64,000 nt of DNA from Arcobacteraceae bacterium. Lineage in GTDB: Bacteria > Campylobacterota > Campylobacteria > Campylobacterales > Arcobacteraceae. The number at the start of each line of letters is the position of its first letter. The first letter of the stretch is position 1. Made by a program: the position numbers and the translations under genes. Positions 40,414 to 51,403 of the stretch are shown in pieces. A model generated the notes under the pieces. The model worked only from the letters and a program-made list of their open reading frames with translations. It did not search any database and was not told the DNA's origin. The stretch is taken from positions 1,440,001 through 1,504,000 of the forward strand of contig OY759974.1 of NCBI GenBank assembly GCA_963662945.1, written 5' to 3'.

Positions 40414-41511
40414 ATGCTTTTAACTCCTGGGCCAACCGCCGTACCTGAGTTTGTTAGAACTGCAATGTCAGGTGAAACACTTCACCATAGAACACCTGAG
40501 TTTGAAAATATATTTAAAAATACAAGAGAGTTACTTTTAGAAATACTGCAAATGCCAGAGGCTGTAATGTTAGCCTCTTCAGGAACAGGAGCGATGGAAG
40601 CTTGTGTTACAAATTTAACTCATAAAAAAGCACTTACGATTAATAGTGGAAAATTTGGTGAGCGATTTGGAAAAATAGCTCAAGCCCATAATATAGCTTT
40701 TAGTGAATTAAAATATGAGTGGAATACTCCTGCTTCGGTAGAAGATGTTATTAAAACAATCTCAAGTGATAGTGAAATAGATGCTTTATTTATACAGATA
40801 TGTGAAAGTGCTGGTGGTTTAAGACATCCAGTAGAAGAGATTGCAAAAGCTGTAAAAAATATTAATAAAAATATAATGGTTGTTGCTGATGGTATTACTG
40901 CTGTTGGTGTAGAAAAAATAGATACGACGAATATAGATGCACTTATTACTGGAAGTCAAAAAGCTCTTATGTTACCTCCAGGGTTAGCAATGATTGGACT
41001 AAGTAATGAGGCTGTTGCAAAAATAGAATTAAAAAGTAGTGGATACTATTTTAACTTAGCAACTGAGATAAAAAAACAAAGAGAAAATACGACAGCTTGG
41101 ACAGCAGCGACAACCTTGATTATAGGGTTAGGTGCAATACTAGAAAAATTAAAAGTAGATGGTTTTGATTCATTATATAACAAAACTGCACAAAGAGCTA
41201 AAGCAACAAGAGAAGCTTTAGTTGCAATAGGACTTGATATTTATCCTGCAACACCAGCTGATGCAATGACAACTATTTATACAGAGAAATCAAATGAAAT
41301 AAGAAAAATATTAAAAGAGCAATTTGATTTGAATATTGCAGGTGGACAAGATCACTTAAAAGGGAAAATATTTAGAATTAATCATATGGGATTAGTTGCA
41401 GATTATGAAGCTGTTTGGGCTGTTAATGCTGTTGAAATGGCACTTGACAAATTAGGTATGAGAAAATTTGATGGTACAGCAAATAAAATATTTATGGAGA
41501 TAAACTCTTAA
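40414..41511 (+). CDS. Class V PLP aminotransferase (serine-pyruvate/alanine-glyoxylate family)
   Basis: LLTPGPT, SSGTGAMEA, GSQKALMLPPG, FRINHMG. Confidence 0.92.
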   Translation: MLLTPGPTAVPEFVRTAMSGETLHHRTPEFENIFKNTRELLLEILQMPEAVMLASSGTGAMEACVTNLTHKKALTINSGKFGERFGKIAQAHNIAFSELKYEWNTPASVEDVIKTISSDSEIDALFIQICESAGGLRHPVEEIAKAVKNINKNIMVVADGITAVGVEKIDTTNIDALITGSQKALMLPPGLAMIGLSNEAVAKIELKSSGYYFNLATEIKKQRENTTAWTAATTLIIGLGAILEKLKVDGFDSLYNKTAQRAKATREALVAIGLDIYPATPADAMTTIYTEKSNEIRKILKEQFDLNIAGGQDHLKGKIFRINHMGLVADYEAVWAVNAVEMALDKLGMRKFDGTANKIFMEINS

Positions 41512-41514
41512 ATT

Positions 41515-43615
<2,101 letters not shown>

Positions 43616-43623
43616 GAAATAAT

Positions 43624-44175
43624 ATGAAATTAAAAAAACAACATACTCCTTATATATCAAGAAAAATAACAAAAGATATAGTAAATGCAGATTTTATAGA
43701 AGTAAGAAAAGAAAAGAATAGTATTGCTGCTGAGTGTGAGAGAATTTTAAATGAAGATATTCAAAAAGAGATAGATCTTGATGAAGCAGTAAATGAAATC
43801 TTAGAAAAACAAGAAGAAGAGATTGAGTTTTATAAAGCTGATTATAGACAACTATTCTGGATGACAAAAAAAAGAATGGCTAATGAGTTTGGTGTAAATT
43901 TAAATTTTGAAGATAGATTTTCAAATATAGCTCATACAATAATGGATTTCTTATATGAAGAAGATTTTATCCATTTTACAGTGAACGACAATCAAGTGAA
44001 AAATCTTATAGCAAATTCTATAGGAGATTTTATAAAAGGATATGATGAAGCAGATAGTGCTGCATATGAAAAAATTAAAAGCTATAAAAGAAAACTTATC
44101 CCTGGAACTGAAGATTATGACATTGTATTTAATAGGTTGTATGAAGAAGAATTGATGAAAAAAGGTTTGATATAA
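43624..44175 (+). CDS. DUF507 family protein
   Basis: EDRFSNIAH, YKRKLIPGTEDYDIVFNRLYEEE. Typical position before carA. Confidence 0.85.
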   Translation: MKLKKQHTPYISRKITKDIVNADFIEVRKEKNSIAAECERILNEDIQKEIDLDEAVNEILEKQEEEIEFYKADYRQLFWMTKKRMANEFGVNLNFEDRFSNIAHTIMDFLYEEDFIHFTVNDNQVKNLIANSIGDFIKGYDEADSAAYEKIKSYKRKLIPGTEDYDIVFNRLYEEELMKKGLI

Positions 44176-44186
44176 AAAGGAATAGT

Positions 44187-45308
44187 ATGGAAAATATTTA
44201 TGTATATTTTGAAAATGGTACATTTTTAAGCGGAAAATCTTTTGGTGCAAAAGGAACAGCTGTAGGAGAGATTGTATTTAATACTTCAATGACAGGATAT
44301 CAAGAAATTATCACAGATCCAAGTTATGCTGGTCAATTTGTAACTTTTACAGCACCAGAAATTGGAAATGTAGGGGTAAATGAAGATGATAATGAAAGTA
44401 GTCAAATACACTGTAAAGGTGTATTTGTAAGAAGTTATAATGAATTTCACTCAAATTTTAGAGCACAAAATAGTTTATCTACATTATTAAAAGAGAATAA
44501 TACTTTAGGTATTTGTGAAATAGATACAAGATATATAACTAAAATGTTAAGAGATGAAGGTGCTATGATGATGATAGCATCAACTGAAATTTCATCAAAA
44601 GAAGAATTAAAACTTAAGTTAGAATCAAGTCCACGAATTGAGGATATAAACTATATAGAAATAGTAAGTACAAAAGACTCTTATATTCATAAGTATGGTG
44701 CATGGAATATGGATACTATGTCATATAACAAAGCTATGATGAGTGATAAAAAAGTTGTAGTAATTGACTTTGGAGTAAAAAGAAATATATTAAATGAACT
44801 TGTTGAGTCTGGACTTGAGGTTGAAGTAGTTCCAAGTAACTTTAAAGCAGATGATTTAATTCAGAGATTTAAAAATAAAGAGATAGGTGGCGTGTTTTTA
44901 AGTAATGGACCAGGTGATCCATTAACTTTAGTAAACGAAAAAGAGCAAATACAAAAATTAATAAATGAAGATATCCCAATGTTTGCTATCTGTCTTGGTC
45001 ATCAAATGTTAAGTATTGCACATGGCCATAATACATATAAGTTACCATTTGGACAACATGGTGGTAACCATCCAGTACAAAATAGTACAGGTGTAGTTGA
45101 AATTACAGCACAAAATCATAATTATAATGTACCAAAAAGTATTGAACAAATTGCAGATGTTACACATATTAATTTATTTGATAATACAATTGAGGGTGTT
45201 AAATATAAAAATAAACCCATATTCTCAGTACAACATCATCCAGAAGCAAGTCCTGGCCCGCATGAAAGTAAATATGTATTTAAAGAGTTTGCATCACTCG
45301 TTAAATAA
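44187..45308 (+). CDS. carA: Carbamoyl-phosphate synthase small subunit
   Basis: GEIVFNTSMTGYQE, SNGPGDP, ICLGHQ, HPEASPGP. Confidence 0.98.
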   Translation: MENIYVYFENGTFLSGKSFGAKGTAVGEIVFNTSMTGYQEIITDPSYAGQFVTFTAPEIGNVGVNEDDNESSQIHCKGVFVRSYNEFHSNFRAQNSLSTLLKENNTLGICEIDTRYITKMLRDEGAMMMIASTEISSKEELKLKLESSPRIEDINYIEIVSTKDSYIHKYGAWNMDTMSYNKAMMSDKKVVVIDFGVKRNILNELVESGLEVEVVPSNFKADDLIQRFKNKEIGGVFLSNGPGDPLTLVNEKEQIQKLINEDIPMFAICLGHQMLSIAHGHNTYKLPFGQHGGNHPVQNSTGVVEITAQNHNYNVPKSIEQIADVTHINLFDNTIEGVKYKNKPIFSVQHHPEASPGPHESKYVFKEFASLVK

Positions 45309-45314
45309 ATTTAC

Positions 45315-45346
45315 AAAAAGGGCAACTTTGGAGTTGCCCTTTTTTT
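45315..45346 (+). terminator. Intrinsic terminator after carA
   Basis: AAAAAGGGCAACT-ttgg-AGTTGCCCTTTTTTT. Confidence 0.9.
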
Positions 45347-45370
45347 ATAGAGAAATACAAAAGGATAAAT

Positions 45371-46135
45371 ATGAGTAAAGAAACAATAACATTTATAGGT
45401 AATGGAAATATGGCACTTTCTATTGCTGTTGGATTAAAAGAGATATTTAATATTGAAGTAGTTGGACGGAATAGAGAAAGTATAGAAAAATTTGAAAAAA
45501 AACTTGGTATAAAAGTTGAAAAACATCTTTTAGATGATTTTGATATTGCAAATAAAGTAATAATATTATGTGTAAAGCCAGCAAATATTCAAGAAGTTGG
45601 AGTAAAACTAAATGGTATAGCTAAAGAGTTATATTCAGTTTTGGCTGGGACAACATTAATGATGTTGAAAGAAAATATCAAATCATCTTCTACTGTAAGG
45701 GTTATGCCAAATCTAGCTGCAAGTGTAGGTGGATCTATGACGACACTTACAGGAGATAATAATTTGAAAGAAAAATCTTGTAAATTATTTGAGGCAATAG
45801 GGCAGACTCTTTGGTTAGATAGTGAAAAAGAATTGGATATTGCAACAGCAGTAGCAGGAAGTGGTCCTGCATATTTAGCATTAGTACATGAATCATTATG
45901 TGATGGAGCTGTAAAACAAGGGATGAAAAGAGCAGATGCAGTTAAAGTAGCAAATGGTTTATTTAAAGGGTTTGGTGATTTAGTATCAGTAACCCAAGCT
46001 ACTCATATTAAAGATGGGGTAATGAGTCCAGGTGGAACTACTGCAGCTGCCTATGCAAGCTTAGAAAAAGGGAATGTAAGATTTAGTTTTATAGAAGCTG
46101 TTGAATCTGCATTTCAAGTAACACAAAAAAAATAG
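45371..46135 (+). CDS. proC: Pyrroline-5-carboxylate reductase
   Basis: FIGNGNM, VKP, RVMPN, GSGPAY, SPGGTT. Confidence 0.96.
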   Translation: MSKETITFIGNGNMALSIAVGLKEIFNIEVVGRNRESIEKFEKKLGIKVEKHLLDDFDIANKVIILCVKPANIQEVGVKLNGIAKELYSVLAGTTLMMLKENIKSSSTVRVMPNLAASVGGSMTTLTGDNNLKEKSCKLFEAIGQTLWLDSEKELDIATAVAGSGPAYLALVHESLCDGAVKQGMKRADAVKVANGLFKGFGDLVSVTQATHIKDGVMSPGGTTAAAYASLEKGNVRFSFIEAVESAFQVTQKK

Positions 46136-46144
46136 AGGTAAAGT

Positions 46145-47377
46145 ATGGATAGTTTTTTGATAAAAGCAAAAGAAGCAACAAAAATTATTGCTAATCTCAG
46201 TGGTAAAATAAAAAACGATATATTGTACAAAATGGCAGATGCTCTTTTAGACAATAGTGATTATATTATAAATGAAAATAAAAAAGATATGGAAGCTGGA
46301 ATTACAAATAATTTATCAGCAGCTTTAATGGACAGATTATTATTAAATGAAGAAAGAGTGAAAGGTATGGCTATAGCGATTAAAGAGATAGCTGTGTTGA
46401 AAAATCCTGTTGGAAGAACCCATGAAGGATGGATTGTTGACAATGGAATGAATATACAAAAAGTATCTGTGCCAATAGGGGTCATTGGAATTATTTATGA
46501 AAGTAGACCAAATGTTACAAGTGATACAGCAGCATTATGTTTTAAAAGTGGAAATATTTGTATATTAAAAGGTGGAAAAGAAGCAGAAAACTCAAATAAA
46601 GCTATTGCTAAAACATTACAAGAGGTATTAGAAAAGAATAATTTACCAAAAGAAGCAATTTCTCTTTTACCAGATAGTAGTAGAGAAGGTGTTGCAAATC
46701 TAATAAAACAAGATAAATACGTAGATTTGATTATTCCAAGAGGTGGTGAAGCACTAATAAAATTTGTAAGTACAAATGCAAGTGTACCTGTAGTAAAGCA
46801 TGATAAAGGATTGTGCCATACTTATATAGATAGTGATGCAAATATAGAGAAAGCAGTCAAAATTTCTTTAAATGCAAAATGTAGAAGAGTAGGTATATGT
46901 GGAGCAATGGAAACTATGTTAATACACAAAGATATTGCAATACAAATTTTACCTATATTACAAAAAAAGTTTCAAGAATTTAACACTGAATTAAGAGGGT
47001 GTGAAAAGACACAAAAAATTATAGCAGTAAGTAGTGCTTCTGAAGAAGATTTTAATACGGAGTATTTGGATAATATTTTATCAATTAAAATTGTATCTGA
47101 TGTAGAAGAAGCTTGTGATCATGTCTCAAAATATGGTTCAGGACATAGTGATGCAATTATTACAGAAAATCATACTACAGCAGAGATTTTTTTAAATAGT
47201 ATCGATAGTGCTTGTGTATATTTGAATGCAAGTACTCAATTTACTGATGGTGGAGAGTTTGGATTTGGTGCTGAAGTTGGTATAAGTACAAATAAACTTC
47301 ATGCACGTGGTCCAATGGGAATTAATGAACTTACTACCTACAAATACAAAATTTATGGAGATGGGCAAATCCGATAG
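46145..47377 (+). CDS. proA: Gamma-glutamyl phosphate reductase
   Basis: VPIGVIGIIYESRPNVT, DGGEFGFGAEVGISTNKLHARGPMG. Confidence 0.97.
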   Translation: MDSFLIKAKEATKIIANLSGKIKNDILYKMADALLDNSDYIINENKKDMEAGITNNLSAALMDRLLLNEERVKGMAIAIKEIAVLKNPVGRTHEGWIVDNGMNIQKVSVPIGVIGIIYESRPNVTSDTAALCFKSGNICILKGGKEAENSNKAIAKTLQEVLEKNNLPKEAISLLPDSSREGVANLIKQDKYVDLIIPRGGEALIKFVSTNASVPVVKHDKGLCHTYIDSDANIEKAVKISLNAKCRRVGICGAMETMLIHKDIAIQILPILQKKFQEFNTELRGCEKTQKIIAVSSASEEDFNTEYLDNILSIKIVSDVEEACDHVSKYGSGHSDAIITENHTTAEIFLNSIDSACVYLNASTQFTDGGEFGFGAEVGISTNKLHARGPMGINELTTYKYKIYGDGQIR

Positions 47378-47471
47378 CTATAAATAAATATTAAAACTTT
47401 TATGAAAGTTTTAAAGATAGTTTTATTTTATCTATGATAAAGTTACCTAAATTAAATATAGGAGAGAGAAG

Positions 47472-47732
47472 ATGGCAGTAGTTATTACAGACACATGTAT
47501 ATCTTGTGATGCTTGTTTAGATGAGTGTCCAACAGGATCAATCGTTGATAACGATGAAAACCCAACAGGAGAGGATATTTATTATGTAAATCCAGAAACT
47601 TGTACAGAGTGTGTTGGAGATCATGATCAACCAGCATGTGCTGAAGCTTGTCCTACTGAGGGTTGTATAGTATGGGGTGAAAATCCTAAGCATGAAGGTG
47701 CAGTTGCAGGGCAACCTTGTATAGAAGATTAA
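47472..47732 (+). CDS. fdxA: 2[4Fe-4S] ferredoxin
   Basis: CISCDACLDECP and CTECVGDHDQPACAEACP. Usual position before ndk. Confidence 0.9.
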   Translation: MAVVITDTCISCDACLDECPTGSIVDNDENPTGEDIYYVNPETCTECVGDHDQPACAEACPTEGCIVWGENPKHEGAVAGQPCIED

Positions 47733-47755
47733 TTCTAAACTATTAATTTAGGAAT

Positions 47756-47792
47756 AAAAAAGGTAAGAGATTCAATTCTCTTGCCTTTTTTT
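47756..47792 (+). terminator. Intrinsic terminator after ferredoxin
   Basis: AAAAAAGGTAAGAGA-ttcaat-TCTCTTGCCTTTTTTT. Confidence 0.85.
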
Positions 47793-47841
47793 ATTTTTTT
47801 AGCTATAATCCGCAACTTTAATTAATATATAGGAGAATATA

Positions 47842-48258
47842 ATGGAACAAACATTATCAATCATCAAGCCAGATGCTGTTGCAAAGAATGTTGTAGGTAA
47901 AATCTTAGATAGATTTGAAACAGCAGGTTTAAGAATTGCAGCAACAAAAAAAATTCAACTGTCAAGAGCAGAAGCAGAAGCATTCTATGCTGTTCACTCA
48001 GAAAGACCTTTCTTTGGAGAACTAGTAGAATTCATGATTTCAGGGCCAGTTGTAGTATCTGTACTTGAAGGTGAAAATGCAATGGCAAAAAATAGAGACT
48101 TAATGGGAGCTACAAATCCTAAAGAAGCAGCAGCTGGAACAATAAGAGCTGATTTCGCAGAATCTATTGATGCAAATGCAGTACATGGTTCTGATTCATT
48201 AGAAAATGCTGCAATTGAGATAAACTTCTTTTTGCAAAAAAAGATATTTGTTAATTAA
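47842..48258 (+). CDS. ndk: Nucleoside diphosphate kinase (C-terminus apparently frameshifted)
   Basis: [26 protein letters not shown]. Confidence 0.97.
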   Translation: MEQTLSIIKPDAVAKNVVGKILDRFETAGLRIAATKKIQLSRAEAEAFYAVHSERPFFGELVEFMISGPVVVSVLEGENAMAKNRDLMGATNPKEAAAGTIRADFAESIDANAVHGSDSLENAAIEINFFLQKKIFVN

Positions 48259-48263
48259 AATTA

Positions 48264-48641
48264 ATGAAAATAGAGTTTCGAAAGATACCGCTAAATTCAA
48301 GTGAATTTGAAATTGATTCAGATTCAGTTAAATTTTCAGGAACTTTCAGTAAAATATCATCAAAACTTGCTAAAATTGATGGAAAAATTGAAGGTAATAT
48401 AGATGTAGATTGTTGTAAATGTGGACAATCTATGGATATATCTTTAGATGAACCAACAACTTTTTTAGTTAGCGATGGTGTATACTCTAGTGAAGATGAA
48501 GAATATATAGTAATTGAAGTTGAAAATCATATTTTAGATTTTGATGAAATATTACAAAGTGAGCTAGAGTCACTAAAATCAGAGTATTATATTTGTGATA
48601 CTTGTAAAAAAAATAACGACTATGTCGAAATAGAATATTAA
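48264..48641 (+). CDS. YceD/DUF177-like protein
   Basis: CCKCG and CDTC motifs, directly upstream of rpmF. Confidence 0.8.
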   Translation: MKIEFRKIPLNSSEFEIDSDSVKFSGTFSKISSKLAKIDGKIEGNIDVDCCKCGQSMDISLDEPTTFLVSDGVYSSEDEEYIVIEVENHILDFDEILQSELESLKSEYYICDTCKKNNDYVEIEY

Positions 48642-48650
48642 GGATAAAAA

Positions 48651-48803
48651 ATGGCAGTACCAAAGCGAAGAGTGAGTCACTCAAGAAGTGCAAAAAGAAG
48701 AACACACTACAAAATTACTTTAAAAAGACCAGTAAAAGATACAGATGGGACATGGAAAATGCCTCATAATGTAAACCCTACTACAGGTGAATATAAAAAC
48801 TAA
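48651..48803 (+). CDS. rpmF: 50S ribosomal protein L32 (50 aa, not in ORF track)
   Basis: Hand translation [50 protein letters not shown] after AAGGA SD. No Cys. Confidence 0.97.
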   Translation: MAVPKRRVSHSRSAKRRTHYKITLKRPVKDTDGTWKMPHNVNPTTGEYKN

Positions 48804-49792
48804 TGCTAAAAATAGCAATAGATGCAATGGGTGGAGACAATGGTCCTTCACCTGTTATAGATGGCTTAATTTTAGCACTAAAAAAAGATAGACACTTTAA
48901 TGCTATTTTAGTTGGTAAAAAAGAAGAACTTTTACCTTTAATTCCTCAACGATTTAATGAACGTATAACAATACACGAAGCTAGCGATGTTATAAGCATG
49001 CATGATCATGCAACTGATGCACTTAAAAGAAAAGAAAGCAGTGCTTATGTTGCTATTGATTTAGTAAAAGAGGGGCTTGCAGATGCCTATGTAAGTGCAG
49101 GGCATAGTGGTGCTTCTATGAGTTTAGCAACATTAAGAATAGGAAGAATTAAAGGTGTAAGTAGACCAGCTATTGCTACACTAATGCCTACGGTAAATGG
49201 GACAACATTAGTATTAGATGTTGGTGCAAATGTTGATTGTGATGCTAAAAATCTTTTAGAATTTGGCGTAATGGGAAGAATTTATGCTGAAGATGTTCTT
49301 GGTATTGATAATCCATTAGTAGGATTATTAAGTAACGGAGAAGAAGAGTCTAAAGGGAATGAAGTTACAAAAGCAGCATTTAAACTTTTAGAAAAAACAC
49401 CTAATTTTGTTGGAAATGTGGAAGGAAATGATATTTTCAATGGAACAGTTGATGTTGTTGTTTGTGATGGTTTTGTAGGAAATATTCTTCTTAAAACAGC
49501 AGAAGGTGTAGCTGATACAATTGGTAAAATAATTAAAGATAATTTACGAAGATCACTAGTATCAATTACAGGTGCTGTTTTAATGAGAAAAGTATTTAAA
49601 AAATTAAAACTAAAAGTTGATTACGCCGAATATGGTGGGGCACCTTTAATTGGTGTTAAAGCACCGGTTATTATTGCACATGGTAAGTCAAATGCAAAAG
49701 CAATGAAAAATGCAATATTTCAGGCAATATCTGCAGCAGATTCAAATCTAAATATTGACATTGAAGAGAAATTAAGACAATTTAAGGATTAA
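48803..49792 (+). CDS. plsX: Phosphate acyltransferase
   Basis: [36 protein letters not shown]. Confidence 0.97.
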   Translation: MLKIAIDAMGGDNGPSPVIDGLILALKKDRHFNAILVGKKEELLPLIPQRFNERITIHEASDVISMHDHATDALKRKESSAYVAIDLVKEGLADAYVSAGHSGASMSLATLRIGRIKGVSRPAIATLMPTVNGTTLVLDVGANVDCDAKNLLEFGVMGRIYAEDVLGIDNPLVGLLSNGEEESKGNEVTKAAFKLLEKTPNFVGNVEGNDIFNGTVDVVVCDGFVGNILLKTAEGVADTIGKIIKDNLRRSLVSITGAVLMRKVFKKLKLKVDYAEYGGAPLIGVKAPVIIAHGKSNAKAMKNAIFQAISAADSNLNIDIEEKLRQFKD

Positions 49793-49797
49793 TATTT

Positions 49798-50757
49798 ATG
49801 TATGCTTCGTTTAAGTCTATAGGTGCTTATATGCCTAGTGAGATTCGTACAAATCAATGGTTTATTGATAGAATGGATACTAGTGATGAATGGATTACAA
49901 AAAGAACAGGTATTAAAGAACGAAGAATTGCATCTGATGATGAAGAAACGAGTGATTTAGGTGCAAAAGCAGCACAAATTGCAATTGACAGAGCAGGCAT
50001 ATCTAATAATGATATAGATTTGATAATATGTGCAACAATTAGTCCTGATTATATGTGTATGCCTTCAACTGCATGTTTAATAGCAGAGAAGTTGGGAAGA
50101 AGAGATGTTATGGCACTTGATATAAGTGCTGCATGTACTGGATTTATATATGCATTAAGTGTTGCAAAAGCTTTTATTGAATCAGGTATGAAAAAAAATG
50201 TGTTAATAATTGGTGCCGAAAAACTAAGTAATATTGTTGACTATACAGATAGAACTACTTGTATGCTTTTTGGTGATGGGGCAGGTGCCGCTGTTATAAG
50301 TTCTACAGAAGATAAAAATGAAGCAATTATAGATATTCAATGTAGTGCTGATGGAAGTCAGAAAGACTTACTTTTAACTCCAAGTGTTCAGAGTAGCGAA
50401 GCTTCTTTTATGCAGATGAAAGGAAATGAAACTTTTAAAATAGCAGTAAGAACACTTACTTCTGATGTGCAAAAGATTATGGAAAAAAATAATTATAAAA
50501 ATGAAGATATAGATCTTTTTATACCGCATCAAGCAAATTATAGAATAATAAAAGCTGTAGGGGATGCTCTAAACTTTGAAGATAATCAAAAAGTATTAAC
50601 TGTTGATAAATATGGTAATACATCTTCTGCATCAATTCCAATGGCAATAAATGAATGTTTTGAAGATGGACGTTTAACAAAAGGGAAAACAATTTTACTT
50701 GATGCTTTTGGTGGCGGATTAACTTGGGGTTCTGCAATTATTAAATTTAATGGTTAA
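49798..50757 (+). CDS. fabH: Beta-ketoacyl-ACP synthase III
   Basis: AACTGF, FGDGAGA, PHQAN, GNTSSAS, GGGLTWG. Confidence 0.97.
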   Translation: MYASFKSIGAYMPSEIRTNQWFIDRMDTSDEWITKRTGIKERRIASDDEETSDLGAKAAQIAIDRAGISNNDIDLIICATISPDYMCMPSTACLIAEKLGRRDVMALDISAACTGFIYALSVAKAFIESGMKKNVLIIGAEKLSNIVDYTDRTTCMLFGDGAGAAVISSTEDKNEAIIDIQCSADGSQKDLLLTPSVQSSEASFMQMKGNETFKIAVRTLTSDVQKIMEKNNYKNEDIDLFIPHQANYRIIKAVGDALNFEDNQKVLTVDKYGNTSSASIPMAINECFEDGRLTKGKTILLDAFGGGLTWGSAIIKFNG

Positions 50758-50789
50758 GCTATAATTAAATATAGTCTTGATACAATCAA

Positions 50790-50865
50790 CTAAATAGCCA
50801 AACTTACTGTGAAGTAAGGACGGAAAGCTACGGATCTTGATTTTAAGATGGCCGAGTTGCAACTT
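50790..50865 (+). promoter_or_regulatory. Cyclic di-GMP-I (GEMM) riboswitch aptamer, variant
   Basis: GCCAAA-CTTACT[GTGA]AGTAAG-GACGGAAAGCTACGG-ATCTT[gatttt]AAGAT-GGCCGAGTTGC follows the GEMM layout of P2 with GNRA loop, GAC..AAAG junction, P3 and GUURC. Confidence 0.85.
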
Positions 50866-50921
50866 ACAATACAACTCTCAATTTTTAAATCAATATTTAT
50901 TTTAAATTTATAGGACTAACA

Positions 50922-51170
50922 ATGATTAAGAATCAGAAAAATGGTAGAATAAATTTTAAAATGGTATTGATATTAACATTAATCCTAGCTGGTTTTATTT
51001 ACTATTGGTATGTAACTAAAGATTCTTTAGATGAAACATATAAAATAAAATCAGCAGGTGGTGATTTTGGATATAAGCAGACTTATATCAATAGAACAGG
51101 GAAAGATGTTGAAGAAAAAAAAATTAATCTATCTGATGATTATTGGACTGGCGGTAAGTTTGGTTTTTAG
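50922..51170 (+). CDS. Small single-TM hypothetical protein (paralog A)
   Basis: AGGA SD, TM MVLILTLILAGFIYYWYV, C-terminal motif shared with the next gene. Confidence 0.82.
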   Translation: MIKNQKNGRINFKMVLILTLILAGFIYYWYVTKDSLDETYKIKSAGGDFGYKQTYINRTGKDVEEKKINLSDDYWTGGKFGF

Positions 51171-51190
51171 TTTATAATGAGGAGAATATT

Positions 51191-51403
51191 ATGAATAAGA
51201 AAACGACATCAATTATTGCAATAATTGCAGCATTTAGTTTTATTGTGATAACAAATTTTGATACTTTAACAAAAAAAAGTGATGAGAAGTATGTAATTCA
51301 AAAATGGCAATCTACATATATTAATTCAACAGGTCAAAAAGCAAAAGATAATAAAATAGAGCTTTCAAATAACTATTGGGAAGGTGGAAAGTTTAGTTTT
51401 TAA
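51191..51403 (+). CDS. Small single-TM/signal-bearing hypothetical protein (paralog B)
   Basis: GAGGAG SD, hydrophobic N-terminus, 17/29 identity to paralog A over the last 29 residues. Confidence 0.82.
   Translation: MNKKTTSIIAIIAAFSFIVITNFDTLTKKSDEKYVIQKWQSTYINSTGQKAKDNKIELSNNYWEGGKFSF

Noticed and set aside
47391-47414. Palindrome TTAAAACTTT-tatg-AAAGTTTTAA between proA and fdxA
   Set aside because: Nearly all A/T, so terminator, operator and chance cannot be told apart.
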